The position numbers and the translations under genes are program-made. A stretch of 11,475 nucleotides of DNA from an archaeon (GTDB lineage: Archaea; Nanobdellota; Nanobdellia; Pacearchaeales; GW2011-AR1): positions 1-11,475 of the forward strand of contig JBDRNU010000008.1 in NCBI GenBank assembly GCA_043810775.1. The letters run 5' to 3'. Positions within the stretch are counted from its first letter, which is position 1, and each line of letters opens with the position of its first letter. The notes beneath the pieces are model-generated. The model ran no database searches. It had not been told where the DNA came from and saw only the letters and a list, made by a program, of their open reading frames with translations. This document shows positions 6,808-11,475 of the stretch, one piece after another.

Positions 6808-7092
6808 ATGGTAGAAAAAGATATAGGCAAGATTCAGAAAAACGATAATACAGACATTTTAGTTCGTTTAGATGACTTTGGAGGAAAGCCAGGAGTAACT
6901 ATACGCGAGTATGTAACTTCAGAGCGATATACTGGCTTTACTAAAGCAGGCACGAGAATTCCTGCAGACAAGTTTCTCGAGTTTCGCGAGTTGCTTAATA
7001 AAGTAAAGCTAGATGACCTAAAAACAATGTCTAAAGTAAAAGAGTCAAAAGAAAAATCAAAAGAAGAAAGTTCTGAAGAAAGCGAAGAGTAA
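6808..7092 (+). CDS. PC4/YdbC-like single-stranded nucleic acid-binding protein
   Basis: ILVRLDDFGGKPGVTIREYV...GFTKAGTRIP resembles the PC4 (p15) fold pattern; acidic tail. Confidence 0.75.
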   Translation: MVEKDIGKIQKNDNTDILVRLDDFGGKPGVTIREYVTSERYTGFTKAGTRIPADKFLEFRELLNKVKLDDLKTMSKVKESKEKSKEESSEESEE

Positions 7093-7122
7093 ACTTTATT
7101 CTCAAAAAATACTTAAGGAAGT

Positions 7123-7470
7123 TTATATATAGCCTTTCTTTAATTTATAATCTTTACTTCCTTTTTTTATCTCTCTGAATTTTAATCTTTCTGCTAAAGC
7201 TCTAAGATTTTTATCTAAAATATTATCTTCTTCACTTGGAACTGCTTTAACACAAATAAATCCATGCTAACTATAATCAGCAGCTATTGCAGCAACAAAA
7301 CCATGCTCACCATAAGGGTATAATCTACCAACAGAGCGCACTGGTGTACCAACAATTTCAATAGGCTCTGGATTTACAGAATCAATTAAATTGCTTAATC
7401 CTTCATCTAATCTTTTGCAAGTCTCAATCAAAACCTTTTCACTTCTAGATCTTTTTTCATATATAATCAT
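7123..7470 (-). pseudogene. Hypothetical gene with an internal TAG at 7267-7269
   Basis: The 67 aa ORF continues in frame past TAG for 47 codons (HGFICVKAVPSEEDNILDKNLRALAERLKFREIKKGSKDYKLKKGYI*), filling the gap to the convergent gene. Confidence 0.55.
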
Positions 7471-7594
7471 TTTAGTAATTAAATCAGTTAATATTTAAGC
7501 ATTATTATAATGTAAAATAAACATCAAATAGATGTTGCAGAATAAAATTAGTTCTTTTAAGAGCTTATCAGGCTTGATCCTATCTCAAAGGAAG

Positions 7595-7972
7595 TTAACA
7601 GCAATAATATTTATCAGGCTTGTCCTTCTTAGTTCCAAAAGGATTGCCATACTTTCTTATGTTCTCAATCATTTCCTTGCTCTCTTCACTTTCCTGCCCT
7701 TTTTCAACCAAAACCTTTCTCGCTTTTCTAAAAGCCTCGCAAAGCTCTATTTTCTGGGCGCAAAACTCCTCGCAAGCCTTGCATAAAGTGCAGTCAAAAA
7801 TTATCTTGTCATAAACCTTATTATCAAGCAGTATTGCCTTTCCCCTAGGGCCTATGCTTTCTTCCCTCACTATTTTAAAAACAGGGCAGTTGGCCTTGCA
7901 CATTCCGCACCTGCTGCATTTAGCTACAATTTCCTTTATTTCTTCTTTGGCATTATTGGCATCAACTTTCAT
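7595..7972 (-). CDS. 4Fe-4S dicluster protein (GlcF/GlpC N-terminal-like)
   Basis: CSRCGMCKANCP..REESIGPRGK..CTLCKACEEFC and ENIRKYGNPFG. ATG 7972 overlaps the end of the upstream gene. Confidence 0.88.
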   Translation of the reverse strand: MKVDANNAKEEIKEIVAKCSRCGMCKANCPVFKIVREESIGPRGKAILLDNKVYDKIIFDCTLCKACEEFCAQKIELCEAFRKARKVLVEKGQESEESKEMIENIRKYGNPFGTKKDKPDKYYCC

Positions 7973-9122
7973 TGGTAAAAATTTCCTCCTTTTCACTCTT
8001 CTCTCTTGGGTCAACAACTTTCCCGCAATTTATTTTGCATACAGGGTCATACCTGTTTTTTAGTCTTTTTATAAGTTTTATCTCATTTGGGTCTAAAAAT
8101 TCTTTTTTAGTAATTCCAATTCCATGCTCTCCACTGACTTTTCCATGCAATTTTCTAACCCTGTACATCATCTCCTTTATTTTATGGTCTTCATCAGAGT
8201 GAAAAACAGGATGTATCAATCCATCTCCCAGATGCCCATAAAACGGGATTTTTTCCTGCTCAAGCCACTCGGCAAACTCTGGGAATTTTCCAATAAATAT
8301 CTTGGGGTCTTCAATTCTTACATAGCCTAAAGTAGCTAGGCTGGGATATACCATTGCCCTTATCTTAATAATCTTAAAATAATCCTTGCCTTTCATATTT
8401 CCTCTGTCAGATTCAAATTCAACCAGCAGGTGATAAGCTTCGTCCAAATCAAGCAAGCTTGAAATAGTCTTGTCATAAAACTCAATCATAGATACATCGC
8501 TCATAAGCTTGAATTTCCTGACAGCATCAACAACATTCTCCTTGCTTGAGAATTTAAATAATGAAGCTGTCCTCTCCTTTAAACTTTCAAGTTTTAATCT
8601 TGCCTTTACTATAACTCCTGTTATCCCCTCCATTCCTGCAATGTCATGCAAGTCAGATTTCCCAATTTTTAGAATTTCTCCCCTGCCATCTACAACTTCA
8701 ATTTCTTTTACCCAATTGCTGGTTTTCCCGTATTTGACAGCCCTGCTTCCTTCAGCATTTGTAGCTATCATGCCTCCAATAGTGCAAATCCAAAAGCTGC
8801 CCGGCTGAACTGGAAACTCTAATCCATAATCTTTAAGATACTCATTTAGCTCATTCAGTATTATTCCAGATTCAACATAAACCTCTCCTTTATCCAAGTC
8901 TAAATCTAATATCTTATTCATTTTGCTCAAGTCCATAACAATACTATCGTGAGGAACCGCCCCCCCTGCCAATCCAGTGCCCCCTCCCCTTACAACAATA
9001 TTATCTGCTTTCTTTACAAAATCCCTGACCTGTTCAATGTTCATTGGAAAAAGCACCTCTCTGACTGCTCCTTTTAATCCGCTTGCATCAGATTCATAAG
9101 CTAATTTTAAGTCTTTTTTCAT
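7962..9122 (-). CDS. FAD-linked oxidoreductase, GlcD/D-lactate dehydrogenase family
   Basis: RGGGTGLAGG, CTIGGMIATNA, GMEGITGVI, GHLGDGLIH, SGEHGIG, YDP..KIN.GK. Confidence 0.93.
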   Translation of the reverse strand: MKKDLKLAYESDASGLKGAVREVLFPMNIEQVRDFVKKADNIVVRGGGTGLAGGAVPHDSIVMDLSKMNKILDLDLDKGEVYVESGIILNELNEYLKDYGLEFPVQPGSFWICTIGGMIATNAEGSRAVKYGKTSNWVKEIEVVDGRGEILKIGKSDLHDIAGMEGITGVIVKARLKLESLKERTASLFKFSSKENVVDAVRKFKLMSDVSMIEFYDKTISSLLDLDEAYHLLVEFESDRGNMKGKDYFKIIKIRAMVYPSLATLGYVRIEDPKIFIGKFPEFAEWLEQEKIPFYGHLGDGLIHPVFHSDEDHKIKEMMYRVRKLHGKVSGEHGIGITKKEFLDPNEIKLIKRLKNRYDPVCKINCGKVVDPREKSEKEEIFTNES

Positions 9123-9145
9123 CTTAATAGTTTGATTTTCATTTT

Positions 9146-9844
9146 TTATATTTCAACCTCTAAATTTTCTTTATCCATCTTAAAAGCTTCAATATCTCCA
9201 CCGCAGTGCTTTTTAATTAATTCTTTTAGCCTGTCTTCAGCTTCATCTAATTTATTAATTTGTTCAGGAATAGGATTTTCAATAACTATAACTGCATTTT
9301 TTGTTTGTTCAGTTAGCTTAGTTCTGTCACCCTCTTTCCAATTCCAGCATCTGCAGACAACTCCCTTGTCATCTCTGTAAACTACCTCACCCTTCCAGGG
9401 GCTCTCTTTTTTATCACTTCCAAGAGCAGTAAACTCTTCATCTCCTTCAGCAAAATCTAAAACCAAATCTCCTTCTAAGGTATCAATATCCTCTCCACCG
9501 ACAGTCATTAGGTATTTTGCAGAAATATAATTGTAAATATCCACTAAACAATTAATCTTAGGAAGCTCTTTTTTTAAAGCTCTTCTTAAAATTGCTTCAA
9601 CAGAGCTCCTATAATCACTTGGTTTAGCTCCAAAAGACTTGTAAATCTCTCTCCATTTGGAAATAATTGAAACTTCTAGTATTTTATCAAATTCTATATC
9701 CTCTCTTAATTCTTTTTCGGCTCCTCTTAATAATTGTTGAATCTCTTCATTATATTTAGTATTGTCAACATTTTTAGCTACTATTACTGAAATATTAACC
9801 TCTGGATATTTTTCAATAATATTTTCTGAGATTTTGATTTTCAT
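9146..9844 (-). CDS. Stand-alone B3/B4 domain protein (PheRS beta-related, putative tRNA editing)
   Basis: WREIYKSFGAKPSDYRSSVEAILRR, LPKINCLVDIYNYIS, GGEDID, GEVVYRD, CRCWNWKEGDRTK. Confidence 0.9.
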   Translation of the reverse strand: MKIKISENIIEKYPEVNISVIVAKNVDNTKYNEEIQQLLRGAEKELREDIEFDKILEVSIISKWREIYKSFGAKPSDYRSSVEAILRRALKKELPKINCLVDIYNYISAKYLMTVGGEDIDTLEGDLVLDFAEGDEEFTALGSDKKESPWKGEVVYRDDKGVVCRCWNWKEGDRTKLTEQTKNAVIVIENPIPEQINKLDEAEDRLKELIKKHCGGDIEAFKMDKENLEVEI

Positions 9845-10065
9845 TTTTTATATTTCTCCAATAATTTATCTAAAGTTTCTATTAAATAATTTCTCCATTC
9901 ATCTTCAAGTTGGCTTCTTATAAATTCCACCATTTTCTTATCATGACTATCAATTTTTTTTCCTTCTAAAAATTTAATTTTCTTTAATATCTCAATATCC
10001 TTTTTCTCTGGAAGGGGATATTTTTTCTTATCATTATCACTAATTTTAATTTCTTCCCAATTCAT
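9841..10065 (-). CDS. Small hypothetical protein
   Basis: 74 aa charged ORF tightly coupled to both neighbours (4 nt overlap and 2 nt gap). Confidence 0.75.
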   Translation of the reverse strand: MNWEEIKISDNDKKKYPLPEKKDIEILKKIKFLEGKKIDSHDKKMVEFIRSQLEDEWRNYLIETLDKLLEKYKK

Positions 10066-10067
10066 TT

Positions 10068-10829
10068 TTAAGTTGTTTTTAATTCAATTGTGGTTTTTTC
10101 CGGCTCTAATCCAAGAGCTTCTGCAACTGTAACAGAAAACTCTTCAACTAGAATTCCAGAATTTTCCTGAATATGTGAAAAGCACAAAGGGCAGGTAGTA
10201 ATTATCTTGATTGCTCCTGTTTTTTTAGCTTGCTTTATTCTTTCTAAAGCAATAGAATTCGCAAGCTCCTGATTATTCACCCGCAATCCGCCACCGCCCC
10301 CGCAGCATAAGGCAAACTCTCTTGAATTTGCCATTTCAACTATATTATACCCTATCATTTTAAGTATCTCCCTGGGTTCATCATAAATTCCCATATGCCT
10401 TCCCAAGTGACACGGGTCATGATATGTTACCTTGTCATCATTTATTCTTGCAACTAATCTCGGCTTTTTTTCTAAAGCTTCTAAAATAACAGTGGTGATA
10501 TGCTCAACTTCAATATCCCAGTCAGGCAATAGCTCCTTGTATTCTTTTTTAAGCATCTTATAGCAGGCAGGGCACCCGGTAATTATTTTCTTAATATTCT
10601 TTTCCTTGAATTTTTCCAGGTTTTTTCTGGCAAGCTTCCTTGTATCAGCTTCATAACCGGCATTTATTGCAGGACTTCCACAGCAGAATTCATCTTCCAT
10701 CATAATATAATCAACACCAATTTTTTCAAGAATTTTCCTGTAATTCTGAGTCTCTGCCTTTAATACATACTTAGTCAAGCATCCGGGGTAGAATAAAGTC
10801 TTGCCCCTGCTAAATATTCCCTTAATCAT
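10068..10829 (-). CDS. CCG-domain (Fe-S)-binding protein (GlcF/HdrD/LutA-like), two CCG repeats
   Basis: FYPGC, EFCCGSP, TGCPAC, TYHDPCHLGR, LCCGGGGG, TTCPLC. Start at 10829 or 10835. Confidence 0.92.
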   Translation of the reverse strand: MIKGIFSRGKTLFYPGCLTKYVLKAETQNYRKILEKIGVDYIMMEDEFCCGSPAINAGYEADTRKLARKNLEKFKEKNIKKIITGCPACYKMLKKEYKELLPDWDIEVEHITTVILEALEKKPRLVARINDDKVTYHDPCHLGRHMGIYDEPREILKMIGYNIVEMANSREFALCCGGGGGLRVNNQELANSIALERIKQAKKTGAIKIITTCPLCFSHIQENSGILVEEFSVTVAEALGLEPEKTTIELKTT

Positions 10830-10921
10830 ATACAACTCATAAAATGATAGAATTTAAAGTTATCGTTAACTGGGTGTATATTTATAGTAAAATTTATTAA
10901 CAGCAGTTAGTCCTAAAAAAT

Positions 10922-11475
10922 ATGCCTAAAATAAAACTGGAAGATGACGAATTTGATGAAAACAGAATTATTGCTATAAATGGCAAAATGGGCTTGGATT
11001 CAAGAAAAAGTATTTTACATCTGCTTGAAAGCTATATGGGAAACAGGGAAAAGCCAATCCTATTATTATTAAACACAACAGGTGGCCGCAGTTCAAGTGA
11101 GCTGGAAGTATTATGCAATTATGCACATCCCAAGCCAAAATTATTTACATATGCTTATGAAAAATGCATGTCATTTGGGGTAATTGCAATGCAATATGGA
11201 ATTAAAAGATTATCTGATTCTGACACTAAATTTATGTTTCATCCAATAAAAAATCCAGATACTGGAAAAATTGCTGATTTAGGCTACGGTTTAACTATTG
11301 TTTTTTACAATGCTCTTGCCTCAAGATGCGGTGTAAGCGTGAATAAAATACTGGAAGATTTTAAGAGTGATGTGTATATGACTTCAGAGCAAGCTGTTAA
11401 TTACGGAATTATAGATAAAATAATTTCAATTCCAGAAGAACTGAAAATTATAGCAGAACAAAGAGCAGCTGAAAG
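10922..11475 (+). CDS. ClpP-like serine protease (runs off the window end; not in the ORF track)
   Basis: Hand translation from ATG 10922: NRIIAING..KPILLLLNTTGG..KCMSFG..KFMFHP..SDVYMTSEQAVNYGIIDKII. This follows the ClpP motif order, with candidate catalytic Ser, His and Asp. Confidence 0.8.
   Translation, partial: MPKIKLEDDEFDENRIIAINGKMGLDSRKSILHLLESYMGNREKPILLLLNTTGGRSSSELEVLCNYAHPKPKLFTYAYEKCMSFGVIAMQYGIKRLSDSDTKFMFHPIKNPDTGKIADLGYGLTIVFYNALASRCGVSVNKILEDFKSDVYMTSEQAVNYGIIDKIISIPEELKIIAEQRAAE

Noticed and set aside
6808-7092. PC4-like protein as the factor acting on the hairpin elements
   Set aside because: Only proximity supports this. It has no catalytic motif and is not flanked by complete elements.
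5855-9380. Plus-strand ORFs at 5855, 7532, 7620, 7854, 7972, 8124, 8509 and 9132
   Set aside because: All are antisense to motif-supported genes and have Ser/Phe/Leu-rich shadow composition.

Overview
AT-rich window from what is very probably a DPANN-type archaeon (Pacearchaeota/Woesearchaeota-like). This is an inference from the archaeal-type ribosomal protein S10, a tRNA-Ser without encoded CCA, and TATA-like promoters. Coding content: an AbrB/MazE-RelE toxin-antitoxin pair, a membrane-anchored thermonuclease with a lamin-tail domain, a stand-alone rpsJ, several small hypothetical or membrane proteins, a radical SAM enzyme, a PC4-like ssDNA-binding protein, a GlcD/GlcF-like FAD and Fe-S oxidoreductase cluster with an embedded B3/4 protein, and a truncated ClpP-like gene. 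The most striking signal is non-coding. A 51-54 bp 'twin bulged hairpin' unit occurs three times (59-109, 3077-3127, 5070-5123), with compensatory base changes and reconstructable empty sites. Two copies are nested inside a ~170 bp composite repeat with IS200/IS605-like hairpins, and one copy of that repeat appears to split a gene. The third unit interrupts a conserved 5' leader that also precedes rpsJ. A hairpin-rich tract with a duplicated tRNA 3' end follows tRNA-Ser. No transposase or integrase is present in the window.
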